Shown in pieces: positions 18,858-27,395 of a DNA stretch of 64,000 nt (its first letter is position 1; each line of letters begins with the position of its first letter). Source of the stretch: Candidatus Woesearchaeota archaeon. GTDB taxonomy: Archaea; Nanobdellota; Nanobdellia; Pacearchaeales; GW2011-AR1. Both the position numbers and the translations under genes were made by a program. The stretch covers positions 79,288 through 143,287 of the forward strand of contig CAZUKQ010000001.1 of NCBI GenBank assembly GCA_964621025.1, in the 5' to 3' direction. The notes beneath the pieces are model-generated. The model did not search any database. It worked only from the letters and a program-made list of their open reading frames with translations, and was not told the DNA's origin.

Positions 18858-19553
18858 ATGGTAAAAACAAACATTCCAAAGATCACACAAGACTTTGTGG
18901 AGATGATAAAGGAAAAAGCAGAACAAGGAACATACAGGGTAGACCTTAACGGAATCAAAATAGATGTAGCTCCGTTTATCTTTCCTCCTCAATCTCCTTT
19001 TTCAGAGAGTACACATACAGTTTACGATCAATTTGGAAATCTAGAAGGTTACAAAGTTTTAGATATAGGAACTGGTACAGGAATTCAAGCTATTCAGGCT
19101 GCTCTTGCTGGCGCTAGTAAGGTTAATGCTGTCGATATTTATTCTCCCGCTGTTGATTGTGCTAGACATAATGTCAAATTAAATGGTTTAGAAAGCAAGA
19201 TTGAAGTATGGGAAAGTGATATGTTTAAGAATATTCCTCAGGAAAAATATCAATTAATAATCGCTAATTTGCCAATCTTGGATGCTACTGAAGACGACGT
19301 TAGATTACATTCTCTTTTCGATCCTAAATTTGCATATCATGAACAATTATTCAGTGAATCTCCAAAATATCTTTCTAAAGACGGAAAGATTATGCTTTGC
19401 CACGCGAATTTACATGATGATAGTAGCTTTAAGAGATTAGAAGATGTTGCTGCGAGAAATGGTTTTGAAGGAAAGGTTGTACAATCTGTAAACTCATTAG
19501 GTTATGAATGGAGAAACTACGAATTTAAATATTCTGGAGTGCAAAAAAAATGA
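18858..19553 (+). CDS. Class I SAM-dependent methyltransferase (HemK/Mtq2-like)
   Basis: SAM motif VLDIGTGTGIQAI. ANLPI occupies the position of the NPPY motif. Confidence 0.7.
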   Translation: MVKTNIPKITQDFVEMIKEKAEQGTYRVDLNGIKIDVAPFIFPPQSPFSESTHTVYDQFGNLEGYKVLDIGTGTGIQAIQAALAGASKVNAVDIYSPAVDCARHNVKLNGLESKIEVWESDMFKNIPQEKYQLIIANLPILDATEDDVRLHSLFDPKFAYHEQLFSESPKYLSKDGKIMLCHANLHDDSSFKRLEDVAARNGFEGKVVQSVNSLGYEWRNYEFKYSGVQKK

Positions 19554-20233
19554 TAGAGTTATTGATGATCCTTCTTTGGATAGTTGTTATAACTTCTTTC
19601 TCATTATTTGGAGCTTGGTACGCTAAAAAGTATAACAAAGCAGACGCTATAATAGGTCTTTATGTAGCCTTTGTTATAATCAGTAATCTTCTTGCATATA
19701 AAATTGCAGCTTTCAATTTGGGTTTCGCTACCTTTTTTGCAACTTCCGGTTCAATTATTTTTCCAGTTACTTTTCTCTTGACTGATGTGGTTAACGAAAA
19801 GTTTGGAAGAAAAGAAACTCATAAAATGATTTTCTTGGCTTTTTTAACACAAGTTGCCGTTGCTGTTTTTATTTTTATTGCAATAAATATGCCTTCGGCA
19901 CCTTTTTGGACAAATCAAGAGACATTTGTTGCAATATTAGAATTTGCACCAAGAATAATGTTAGCCAGTTGGGTTGCTTTTTTGATAAGTGAGAATGCGG
20001 ATGCTTATATCTTTTCATGGTTTAAAAAATTAACACAAGGCAAACATCTTTGGAGCAGAAGTATATTCAGTGCGATACCTGCTATGGCTCTAGACACTGT
20101 TGTTTTTGTAACAATCGCGTTTTATGGTCTTCAACCTTTAATGCCCTTGATTACAGGAGTTCTTGTTTTAAAATGGCTTGTGGGAATTATCAATATTCCA
20201 TTTATGTATCTGAATAGAAGAATAATGAACTAG
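19550..20233 (+). CDS. Queuosine/archaeosine precursor transporter (YhhQ/DUF165 family)
   Basis: Multi-TM protein with the FPVTFLLTDVVNEKFGRK motif typical of the family. Confidence 0.7.
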   Translation: MIELLMILLWIVVITSFSLFGAWYAKKYNKADAIIGLYVAFVIISNLLAYKIAAFNLGFATFFATSGSIIFPVTFLLTDVVNEKFGRKETHKMIFLAFLTQVAVAVFIFIAINMPSAPFWTNQETFVAILEFAPRIMLASWVAFLISENADAYIFSWFKKLTQGKHLWSRSIFSAIPAMALDTVVFVTIAFYGLQPLMPLITGVLVLKWLVGIINIPFMYLNRRIMN

Positions 20234-20622
20234 AACCATTTTTGTTCTTTTCTTTTTTTATACTCTCTGAATGCTAGTTCTACACTTCTTTCGTTGACGA
20301 TATGATGGTGTTTGAATCCGCCACCAAATGTGCTTGGAATATGCATTAGTTCGTGGATAATTGTTTTTGTTTTTTCTTCAGTGGGCATTCTATCAAATCT
20401 TTCTGCAATAACTTCTACTAAATAAAATCCTGTTGTTCTTCCCATTCCAATTTGCATTGCTTTACCAAGCGCGTGGCAACGCGCTATTGTTCTTCTTGAT
20501 GTTGAACCAAAACTTCTCAAAAATGCTACGCTGTCTATCTGAACGTGCTTCCAATCTAAAACTCTTAAGATTTCTTCCGCCTCTTTTTTTATGTCTGGCG
20601 CTTGTTCGTATTTTATTCCCAT
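20230..20622 (-). CDS. Putative zinc metallopeptidase
   Basis: HELMH zinc-binding motif in a 130-aa protein. Confidence 0.55.
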   Translation of the reverse strand: MGIKYEQAPDIKKEAEEILRVLDWKHVQIDSVAFLRSFGSTSRRTIARCHALGKAMQIGMGRTTGFYLVEVIAERFDRMPTEEKTKTIIHELMHIPSTFGGGFKHHHIVNERSVELAFREYKKRKEQKWF

Positions 20623-20665
20623 CTTTTAAAGAAAAATAAAAAGGAGTTAATAAACTCTTATGTGA

Positions 20666-20884
20666 TTAATTTACTTCTACCAACTTATTCTTGTCTGTTA
20701 AACCTGATTTGATTTTTATTCTCTGCCAAGGAACCCCATAATACTTTGAAAGCATTTTGATCAGTTCGATGTTAGCCTCGTTATGTTCTGCTTCAGCTGA
20801 CACGTAAACTAATAAATTATTGTCTCCAAAGCTTTCTATTCTCGGATTTGGTGATCTTGTTTTCACCATTACTTTTACATTCAT
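20666..20884 (-). CDS. DUF167 (YggU-like) protein
   Basis: 72 aa. Pattern VKVMVKT...LLVYVSAEAEHNEANIELIKMLSKYYGVP...IKIKSGLTDKNKLVEV. Confidence 0.6.
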   Translation of the reverse strand: MNVKVMVKTRSPNPRIESFGDNNLLVYVSAEAEHNEANIELIKMLSKYYGVPWQRIKIKSGLTDKNKLVEVN

Positions 20885-20923
20885 TATAATTAGAAGTATG
20901 TGTTTCTTATAAACTTTGTTGCA

Positions 20924-21172
20924 CTAGTCGTCAACAATTGAAAATCCCTCACTGGCAGCAATTCTTTCTTTCCAATTCTTTTTATTCTGAACTAAATTAT
21001 CAAAAAATTTGTGAACAACTCTTGACAATTTATCTAAGAATGTTTTTACCCACTCATATTTTCCAGAACGAAAATGTGCTCTTGACCTATCTAAAAAATG
21101 AGCTAGGGAGTTTAGAAACTTAATCTTAATATTGAATATGACTAACTTGATTTTCACAATTTTATAGTACAT
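20924..21172 (-). CDS. Doubtful hypothetical ORF (82 aa)
   Basis: Fills the gap between the Obg-like and DUF167 genes. The N-terminal part is low-complexity. Confidence 0.25.
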   Translation of the reverse strand: MYYKIVKIKLVIFNIKIKFLNSLAHFLDRSRAHFRSGKYEWVKTFLDKLSRVVHKFFDNLVQNKKNWKERIAASEGFSIVDD

Positions 21173-21173
21173 T

Positions 21174-22355
21174 TTAAGTAATAATTTCTATACCATCTCT
21201 ATGTTTTAGTTGATAATCTCTACCAACAGTCTGCTTTGTCTTTGCATTTATTGCTTTGATAAAGTTATTTCCTAAATCTGTGTGAAGTCTGAAAGCAAAA
21301 TCTACTGCAGTTGTTCCCTTTGGAACTAAAAAGCAATCTGGAAGAATATTTCCTTTTGAATCTCCAAGCTTATTTGCCGACGCGGGAAATACTGCAATGT
21401 AACTCAATAAATCAAAAACTGTTGCATCTAAAATTTGTTGAATACCTGTTCCGAATTCATATTTGTCTAAAATATTTTCTTTTATTTTTTTCAAGGCATC
21501 TTTTTGTCGGTCATTTAAGTCTTTTAAAATTTTGAAATTTTTGGAACCAGGAGTGTATTCAATCATCCCTGCTTTGGATGCTTCTCTCAATGCCAATTCT
21601 GAATCTGCTGAACAAGGAATTATCATTAGTTCTGAAAATTCTTGTTTTAATTTTTTGTAATTTTCTTCGGCACCTGGCTTGTCTATTTTGTTTGCTGCAA
21701 TTATCATCGGCTTTGTTAAATGTCTTATCTCATGAGCAAAATTTCTTAGTTGGTCCTCGGTCCATTCTGCTGGTTTTTCTCCGTTGTATTTTAACTTTAA
21801 CAAAACTTCTTTGACATCATCTTCCTTAACATCTAAACTTGAGAATTGTTTTGCAATTGCTTTAGGAAAGTTTTGTTTTTCCATTTGAATTGTTCTTGCG
21901 AAAGCCTTCCAAACTTTTTTCAGAATTCCCAAATACCACAAGTCTAGTTCATTCTCTAACATCCTAACATCTTGCAGAGGATTTCCTTGCCCTTCCTTGC
22001 CTTCAGCGTCAGTAGTTGCAGATATATCTATGATGTGAATAAACGCATTTGCTTGTGATAAGTCTGATAAAAATTGATTTCCTAAACCTCTTCCTTCTGA
22101 TGCACCTTCAACTAAACCTGCTACGTCCATTAATTCTACTGGCACCATTCTCAAATCACCATTGCAGGAACCTGTTCGAGGATTACATTTTGTGTGGAAT
22201 TCTTTACAAATGCAGGGAACTCTTACATAACCTACTCCGTGGTTTGGTTTGATTGTTGCGAAAGGATACGCTGCTATTAAAACGTCCATGAGCGTTGCTG
22301 CCTTAAAGAAAGTTGATTTCCCACAAGATGGTTTTCCGACAAGTCCTATTAACAT
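21174..22355 (-). CDS. Obg-like GTPase/ATPase (YchF/Ygr210 type) with C-terminal TGS domain
   Basis: G1 GKPSCGKST, G3 DVAGLV, G4 NKID, and a TGS-like C-terminus. Confidence 0.8.
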   Translation of the reverse strand: MLIGLVGKPSCGKSTFFKAATLMDVLIAAYPFATIKPNHGVGYVRVPCICKEFHTKCNPRTGSCNGDLRMVPVELMDVAGLVEGASEGRGLGNQFLSDLSQANAFIHIIDISATTDAEGKEGQGNPLQDVRMLENELDLWYLGILKKVWKAFARTIQMEKQNFPKAIAKQFSSLDVKEDDVKEVLLKLKYNGEKPAEWTEDQLRNFAHEIRHLTKPMIIAANKIDKPGAEENYKKLKQEFSELMIIPCSADSELALREASKAGMIEYTPGSKNFKILKDLNDRQKDALKKIKENILDKYEFGTGIQQILDATVFDLLSYIAVFPASANKLGDSKGNILPDCFLVPKGTTAVDFAFRLHTDLGNNFIKAINAKTKQTVGRDYQLKHRDGIEIIT

Positions 22356-22392
22356 ATTTTAGAAATGTGATGAGTATTTTTAAGGGTTTAGA

Positions 22393-22680
22393 TTACAAAA
22401 TTTGTCCTTCGTGCGCTTTCATAAATGTTTCTTGTCTGTCAGTTAAGATATATGCGTTTGGAGCAACCGTACCTCCGGTAGTTATAAGGTGCTGGCATTG
22501 CATTTGACTAATCAGGTTTTCTAAATGATTGTACCTAGATAAAATAATATGTTTTTCTTTTTGATAATCTATCCCTTCGGCAATTTCTTCTAAATAAAAA
22601 AATGGAGAACGTTTTGTGTCGGACATCAATTTTCTAATAGCTTCTGTTAGTTGAGAGTCGCTTCTTCTGTCTTTTGACAT
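22393..22680 (-). CDS. Hypothetical protein (95 aa)
   Basis: ORF only. Confidence 0.4.
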   Translation of the reverse strand: MSKDRRSDSQLTEAIRKLMSDTKRSPFFYLEEIAEGIDYQKEKHIILSRYNHLENLISQMQCQHLITTGGTVAPNAYILTDRQETFMKAHEGQIL

Positions 22681-22734
22681 GTATACTTCAAATTAAAAAA
22701 CTTTATAAGGATTTAGATTGTCTTGTATTCAGAT

Positions 22735-22852
22735 GAGCCCATAGCTTAGCCAGGTAGAGCACCGCTCTTATATGAGTTTGTTTCGTTAGAAACAATTTTC
22801 CTCGGAAATCTAAGGAAGGCGGGGGTCCCAAGTTCAAATCTTGGTGGGCTCA
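22735..22852 (+). tRNA. Intron-containing tRNA, anticodon UAU (tRNA-Ile); 44-nt intron at 22773-22816
   Basis: Acceptor GAGCCCA/TGGGCTC, anticodon stem CCGCT/GGCGG, T-arm CCAAG-TTCAAAT-CTTGG. Mature loop is CU-UAU-AA. The BHB motif has a central helix CTTA(22767-70)/TAAG(22811-14) and bulges TA|T and GA|A. A TATA box CTTTATAA lies about 30 nt upstream. Confidence 0.75.
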
Positions 22853-22889
22853 TTCAAAATCTTTAAATATAAAGAAAACATAGAATATT

Positions 22890-23084
22890 ATGGCAAAAAA
22901 AATAAAGAGGCTTTATCGTTCAAAGACTGACAAGGTGATTGCAGGTGTTTGTGGCGGTGTAGGTGAATATTTTGGAATTGACCCCGTAATTGTAAGAATT
23001 ATCTGGGCGGCGCTTATCTTCGGATATGGCTTTGGTTTTTTCGCATACCTTCTTGCTTGGTTGATAATTCCATTAAAGAAATAA
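22890..23084 (+). CDS. PspC-domain membrane protein
   Basis: LYRSKTDKVIAGVCGGVGEYFGIDPVIVRIIW followed by a TM segment. BRE/TATA at 22857-22870. Confidence 0.7.
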   Translation: MAKKIKRLYRSKTDKVIAGVCGGVGEYFGIDPVIVRIIWAALIFGYGFGFFAYLLAWLIIPLKK

Positions 23085-23435
23085 TTAAAATCCGAAATTT
23101 CTAATCAACGATGGATTAACTCCAAACATTTTTAGCATTTGGTATAATTCGTTATTTGACTTTTCTAGCTCTTCAAAGATTGCTTGATACATTTTATATG
23201 AATCTGAATCTTCTTCTGGTTGCTTATTCTGTGGCCGAGCTTCATCCCTTAGTTCGATATAAGCTTCTGAAACTGCAATAAACTCTAGCCTAGATTCTTT
23301 TTCTTTTCCAGGATTTTTATCTGGGTGCCACTGATGGGCAAGTTTTCTATAAGCGGACTTTATTTGATCCTGAGATGCACATGGAGAAACATCCAATCTT
23401 TTGTACAAATCTTTTATTTCGGAAGGCCTAGCCAT
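23085..23435 (-). CDS. Stand-alone J-domain protein (116 aa)
   Basis: DLYKRLDV...IKSAYRKLAHQWHPDKNPG contains the HPD motif. No zinc-finger or C-terminal DnaJ domains. Confidence 0.8.
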   Translation of the reverse strand: MARPSEIKDLYKRLDVSPCASQDQIKSAYRKLAHQWHPDKNPGKEKESRLEFIAVSEAYIELRDEARPQNKQPEEDSDSYKMYQAIFEELEKSNNELYQMLKMFGVNPSLIRNFGF

Positions 23436-23436
23436 T

Positions 23437-24435
23437 TTATTTTTTACAAATTGCTAAAGCGTAAGAATTATCTTTGGAGGTGATTACTTCTGCATGTGTG
23501 AAATACATTTTCAGAAAAGCGTTGAAGTCTTCCTTAGTGTATTTGTATGAAACAGCAACGACAATTTGATCTCCTTTTAGAAGTTTCACTTTTCTTTCCA
23601 AGAATTGTATTTCTATATCTTTCTTCAGAGAATAATACTCCTCTACTCTGGAATTCTTGAATCTTACGCCGTATTCCATGTCTTCTCTTTTCAATCCAAT
23701 CTGAGTTAATATTTTTACAAGCCAGTTGTCAATTTCAGAATTTTTATAGGCCTTTACTATTGCATCAGGTTGTCTATTGTCCAATCCGTTTCCAATAATT
23801 AAAACATCATCAGTCTGCATTGCACTTCTTATTTCATATAGTAATTCGTTTATTTCAAAATTACCTAGTGTGTTTCCCAATAAAAGAATTAAATTGTCTG
23901 CATAAATCCCATATCTCAATAAAGAGGCTATATTCTCTATGTTCTCAAAGTCGGAAATGTTCCATTGAAATTGAACTATTTCGTCCACATTCGCTTCTTT
24001 TATTTTTTCCAATGCTTTCTCGACCATATAACTACTAATATCAATTGGACAGTATCTTACTTTTGTATTCCTAGCGTTTTTTTCTTTGGCTTTTTCTTTA
24101 ATTTTGTCTAAGAAGATTACTGCCTTTTTTCCGTCTCCACAACCAAGATCCATTAGGTTGAAAGGTTTGTCTCCAACTTTTTCTAAAACTTTATCGACGT
24201 TTTCTCTGATTAATTTTATTTCTTTTTGAATTATATCTTTTTTGTAATCTTTGTCTTTTTCTAAGTCTAAGAATGCTTGACTTTGATCAGATGTTAGATA
24301 CCAAAGTTTAGAATCAGCAATGTTCCAGATACGGGTATTCCCTTCTAGAGAATATCCTCTCTTGATTAACTCCTTGAAGATCAAGTCGTTAACCTGTGGC
24401 GATTTAGTTTTTTCAGCCATGTTTAAAAATAGCAT
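23437..24435 (-). CDS. EgtD-like (Methyltransf_33) SAM-dependent methyltransferase
   Basis: LMDLGCGDGKK, YCPIDISSYMV, LLLGNTLGNF, and a C-terminal SYKYTKEDF pattern parallel to the histidine N-alpha-methyltransferase family. Confidence 0.5.
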   Translation of the reverse strand: MLFLNMAEKTKSPQVNDLIFKELIKRGYSLEGNTRIWNIADSKLWYLTSDQSQAFLDLEKDKDYKKDIIQKEIKLIRENVDKVLEKVGDKPFNLMDLGCGDGKKAVIFLDKIKEKAKEKNARNTKVRYCPIDISSYMVEKALEKIKEANVDEIVQFQWNISDFENIENIASLLRYGIYADNLILLLGNTLGNFEINELLYEIRSAMQTDDVLIIGNGLDNRQPDAIVKAYKNSEIDNWLVKILTQIGLKREDMEYGVRFKNSRVEEYYSLKKDIEIQFLERKVKLLKGDQIVVAVSYKYTKEDFNAFLKMYFTHAEVITSKDNSYALAICKK

Positions 24436-24549
24436 TTTGGCTTTTTATTCTTTTGTATTCTCATTTGTGACTCTTTTATCACCTTGACGATAGATTTAAA
24501 AGTTAAATTTGGCGCTTGTTTTTAAAGCTCTTAGGGAGTTTTACAATAT

Positions 24550-24622
24550 GCTCTGTTAGTGTAGAGGCCAAGCATCCAGCCCTTTCAAGGCTGAGACCCG
24601 GGTTCGAATCCCGGACAGAGCG
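24550..24622 (+). tRNA. tRNA-Glu (anticodon UUC)
   Basis: Acceptor GCTCTGT/ACAGAGC, anticodon stem CAGCC/GGCTG, loop CT-TTC-AA, T-arm CCGGG-TTCGAAT-CCCGG. Confidence 0.9.
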
Positions 24623-24625
24623 CTC

Positions 24626-24632
24626 TTTTTTT
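24626..24632 (+). terminator. Oligo-T tract after tRNA-Glu
   Basis: A run of seven T begins 4 nt after the tRNA 3' end. Archaeal RNA polymerase terminates at oligo-T. Confidence 0.4.
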
Positions 24633-24675
24633 ACAAAAAATAAAAAGTTTATAAGCATTAAAGGCATTTAGTTTT

Positions 24676-25521
24676 ATGGTACAATTTTTCAATACGTTGG
24701 ATGAGCTGAAAAAAGAAATTTCTGAAATTAACAAAGAGCTCGATATTGACCAAATTTTGAGAATTGATCTTCCTTTTATCGAGAGCCAAGACGATTTTAC
24801 AATAATGAGTATCCCGGCTTATGGACCTGAAAAATCTAATAATGTGATTTTTATTTCAGATAAAAAAATTCTTGCCCACACCCCAATAAGCACAAAAAAA
24901 GTTGAGAAAAAATTTGAGGATTTGATGAAAAAGAAAAATGGGGAAAGCACGGTTTCAATGTTTATGCTTTTGAGAGCTGTTTTAAAAAATTATTCTCAGG
25001 AATTTCTTAGGCTGAGAGATGTATTGAATACGCTAGAAATTGACCCTGTACTAGATACCATTGAAGAAACAGGTAGACATTTGAGAAGACTTACTGATAC
25101 TATGGAGGGATTGTTCCAGGTGGTGATTGAATTGAAAGAAGACGAATTGAAATGTTTTGATGTCTCCTTAGTAGATTTTGACTATGAAGTTTTCAGCACG
25201 GAAAATAAATATTGGCTTGACAGGTGCAGAAGCCATAACTATAGAATCTCTTCTTTGAGAACAAAATCTGAAATGCGTTCAAATAGAGAATTAAACGACA
25301 CTATGAAAAAAATGACCGTTATCATGACTTTCCTTACAATCATCAGCATAGTTGTAAATGTTCCTGGAACTGTCGGAGCTATCTTTGGAATCCCTGCACT
25401 TTCAGACGCTTATTTTGAATCACATACAACTTTTTTGGTTATTACACTTATATTGACAACATTACTTTCAATGTTCTTAGGAGTTATTTACTGGAGATCT
25501 TTGAAGTTGAAAAGTAATTAA
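24676..25521 (+). CDS. CorA-like divalent cation transporter family protein, divergent (no GMN motif)
   Basis: Soluble N-terminal domain plus two C-terminal TM helices. AIFGIPAL occupies the position of YGMNF. BRE/TATA at 24643-24655. Confidence 0.45.
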   Translation: MVQFFNTLDELKKEISEINKELDIDQILRIDLPFIESQDDFTIMSIPAYGPEKSNNVIFISDKKILAHTPISTKKVEKKFEDLMKKKNGESTVSMFMLLRAVLKNYSQEFLRLRDVLNTLEIDPVLDTIEETGRHLRRLTDTMEGLFQVVIELKEDELKCFDVSLVDFDYEVFSTENKYWLDRCRSHNYRISSLRTKSEMRSNRELNDTMKKMTVIMTFLTIISIVVNVPGTVGAIFGIPALSDAYFESHTTFLVITLILTTLLSMFLGVIYWRSLKLKSN

Positions 25522-25590
25522 TTCACTACTGGAAGATATAAATTTCCCTAAGAAGTTTTAAATAAGAATTTCTGTTTAAGTTTTTATAAC

Positions 25591-26658
25591 ATGCAACAAC
25601 AAACAGAATCAAAACACCATTATCAATTTGTAACTAAACTGTTAATAGACCTATTCAATAAAGACGAGCTTCCAAATATAAATCAAATTCTTATTGAACC
25701 AACCTATGGTCATGTTGGACGTATTAAATATAATAACTACCAAATTCATTTTTTCAAAGGCCAAAATCTTGGGATAAATAGTATTGGTGCCTCAGAAATA
25801 GCGAAGGATAAAGGATATACTAAATTTTTTTTGAAAAAGCTTGGCTATAAAACTCCTACCGGAGAAGTTTTTCTTATGCAAGAATATCTAGACAGGATTG
25901 AAAAAAATTTATCAAATAGAAATTTTAATAATCCTCAAAGAGGTTCTGATCAGGCTTTTGCTTATGCGCAATCAGTTATAGGTTATCCTTGTTATGCTAA
26001 ACCTAACTTCGGTTCTAAGGGGAGAGGCGTAACTAGATGCGAAAATCCGAGCGATTTAGAAAAAACAATTAGAGAATTCCATAGTCAAGGTTTGAATATG
26101 TTTTTATTAGAAAAAGCAATTAACATGCCAGATTTTAGAGTTGTAGTTTTAGGAGATGAAGTGATATCTTGCTATAAGCGAGTTCCACTGAAGGTAGTTG
26201 GCGATGGAAATTCGACAATAAAACAATTATTAGAACAAAAGCAAAAAAATTATTTTGAACATGGAAGGGAAGAAATGATTGATATTCAAGATGGTGGAAT
26301 GTTAGCTAGGCTAAAAAGAAATGGTTTGACTGTTCAAAGTGTGTTAGCTTCTGGAAGAAATTTTCAATTATTGGATGTGTCAAATCTCTCGAAAGGCGGC
26401 GAATCTGAAGAGTTCACAGATAAAATTCATGAAAAATGGAAAGAATTATCTGTCGCAATTACAAAAGACATGGGACTTAAACTTTGTGGAGTAGACTTAG
26501 CTTGTTCCGATTTGGAAAGTCCCTCTTCAGATTATAGTATCTTGGAAATTAACTCCACTCCAGGTCTAGATAATTACGCAGCTAGTGGTAGTGAACAATT
26601 TGAAAGAGTGAGAAATTTATACAAAAAAATATTTAATGAATTAGGTCAAAAACTTTAG
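25591..26658 (+). CDS. ATP-grasp family ligase
   Basis: YAKPNFGSKGRGV, FLLEKAINMPDFRVVVLGDEV, and LCGVDL...ILEINSTPG, which is typical of an ATP-grasp C-terminal lobe. Confidence 0.7.
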   Translation: MQQQTESKHHYQFVTKLLIDLFNKDELPNINQILIEPTYGHVGRIKYNNYQIHFFKGQNLGINSIGASEIAKDKGYTKFFLKKLGYKTPTGEVFLMQEYLDRIEKNLSNRNFNNPQRGSDQAFAYAQSVIGYPCYAKPNFGSKGRGVTRCENPSDLEKTIREFHSQGLNMFLLEKAINMPDFRVVVLGDEVISCYKRVPLKVVGDGNSTIKQLLEQKQKNYFEHGREEMIDIQDGGMLARLKRNGLTVQSVLASGRNFQLLDVSNLSKGGESEEFTDKIHEKWKELSVAITKDMGLKLCGVDLACSDLESPSSDYSILEINSTPGLDNYAASGSEQFERVRNLYKKIFNELGQKL

Positions 26659-26739
26659 ATTCTTACGGAGAAATTTTCACTACTCGCCTAGATGAATTTT
26701 ATTAACAAGTTTTAAATAAGAATTTTGCATTGATTAATT

Positions 26740-27138
26740 ATGAAAACAATGAAATTATTCAGTTTGCTTTTAGTAAGTCTGTTTCTAGTTAATTTTGCAT
26801 CAGCCTATACTGTTCAACATGATTATTACAACGACGACACTCACGTGAAAACAGTTTACTACACGTTTGACAAAAACTATCAAGAAAATGAACACAGATA
26901 TCCTGTTTCAGACTACAAGGAAGGATACACTTACAGAACATCAAAAGAGTATTTAGAAGATAGATACGAAGATAACTACGAAAGAGATTATTTAAGACAT
27001 TCCTCACGTGAAAGAAATAGAAATTCTGATAAAATAACTTATTACAACTATGTTCCTTACTTAAGAGGCTACGAAGAAAGAACTTGTTACGATTTTGCAC
27101 CCAGGGGCAAACTTTTCTACATAAAGTGCGACTTCTAA
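26740..27138 (+). CDS. Small secreted Tyr/Arg/Glu/Asp-rich protein
   Basis: Signal peptide MKTMKLFSLLLVSLFLVNFASA. The mature part is very Tyr-rich, with two Cys near the C-terminus. Confidence 0.5.
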   Translation: MKTMKLFSLLLVSLFLVNFASAYTVQHDYYNDDTHVKTVYYTFDKNYQENEHRYPVSDYKEGYTYRTSKEYLEDRYEDNYERDYLRHSSRERNRNSDKITYYNYVPYLRGYEERTCYDFAPRGKLFYIKCDF

Positions 27139-27281
27139 TAACCGAAAAGTTTATAATCTCTCTTGAAGAATTAAATTTATGGAAAACAATTGGAGTTTTC
27201 GGCACTGTTAGGAAGAATTATTCTAGTTTGAACTTTAATTCTCAAAAGCTTTTTATATCGCGTTTCTTAAATAAATACTAT

Positions 27282-27353
27282 GGCGGATGTAGTTTAATGG
27301 TAGAACTGGTGACTGTGGCTCGCCCGACGAGAGTTCGATTCTCTCCTTCCGCC
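27282..27353 (+). tRNA. tRNA-His (anticodon GUG) with genomically encoded G-1
   Basis: G-1 (27282) is opposite discriminator C (27353). Anticodon stem GGTGA/TCGCC, loop CT-GTG-GC, T-arm GAGAG-TTCGATT-CTCTC. There is one T-T mismatch in the acceptor stem. Confidence 0.88.
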
Positions 27354-27395
27354 CTTCTTATCTCTAGGAGAATAACATGGTAGCTAAAATAAGCT

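Noticed and set aside
18810-18992. 60-aa minus-strand ORF overlapping the start of the methyltransferase gene
   Set aside because: It overlaps the divergent promoter region and the 5' end of a well-supported gene, and it has no signals of its own.
22735-27353. Three tRNA genes (Ile, Glu, His) within 4.6 kb as possible integration hot-spot or genomic-island boundaries
   Set aside because: I could find no integrase gene and no duplicated tRNA 3' fragment (att-like direct repeat). The intervening genes have the same promoter and overlap style as the rest of the window.
27084-27383. 99-aa plus-strand ORF in the track
   Set aside because: It runs straight through the tRNA-His gene (27282-27353) and the intergenic promoter region. 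It is an ORF-finder artefact.
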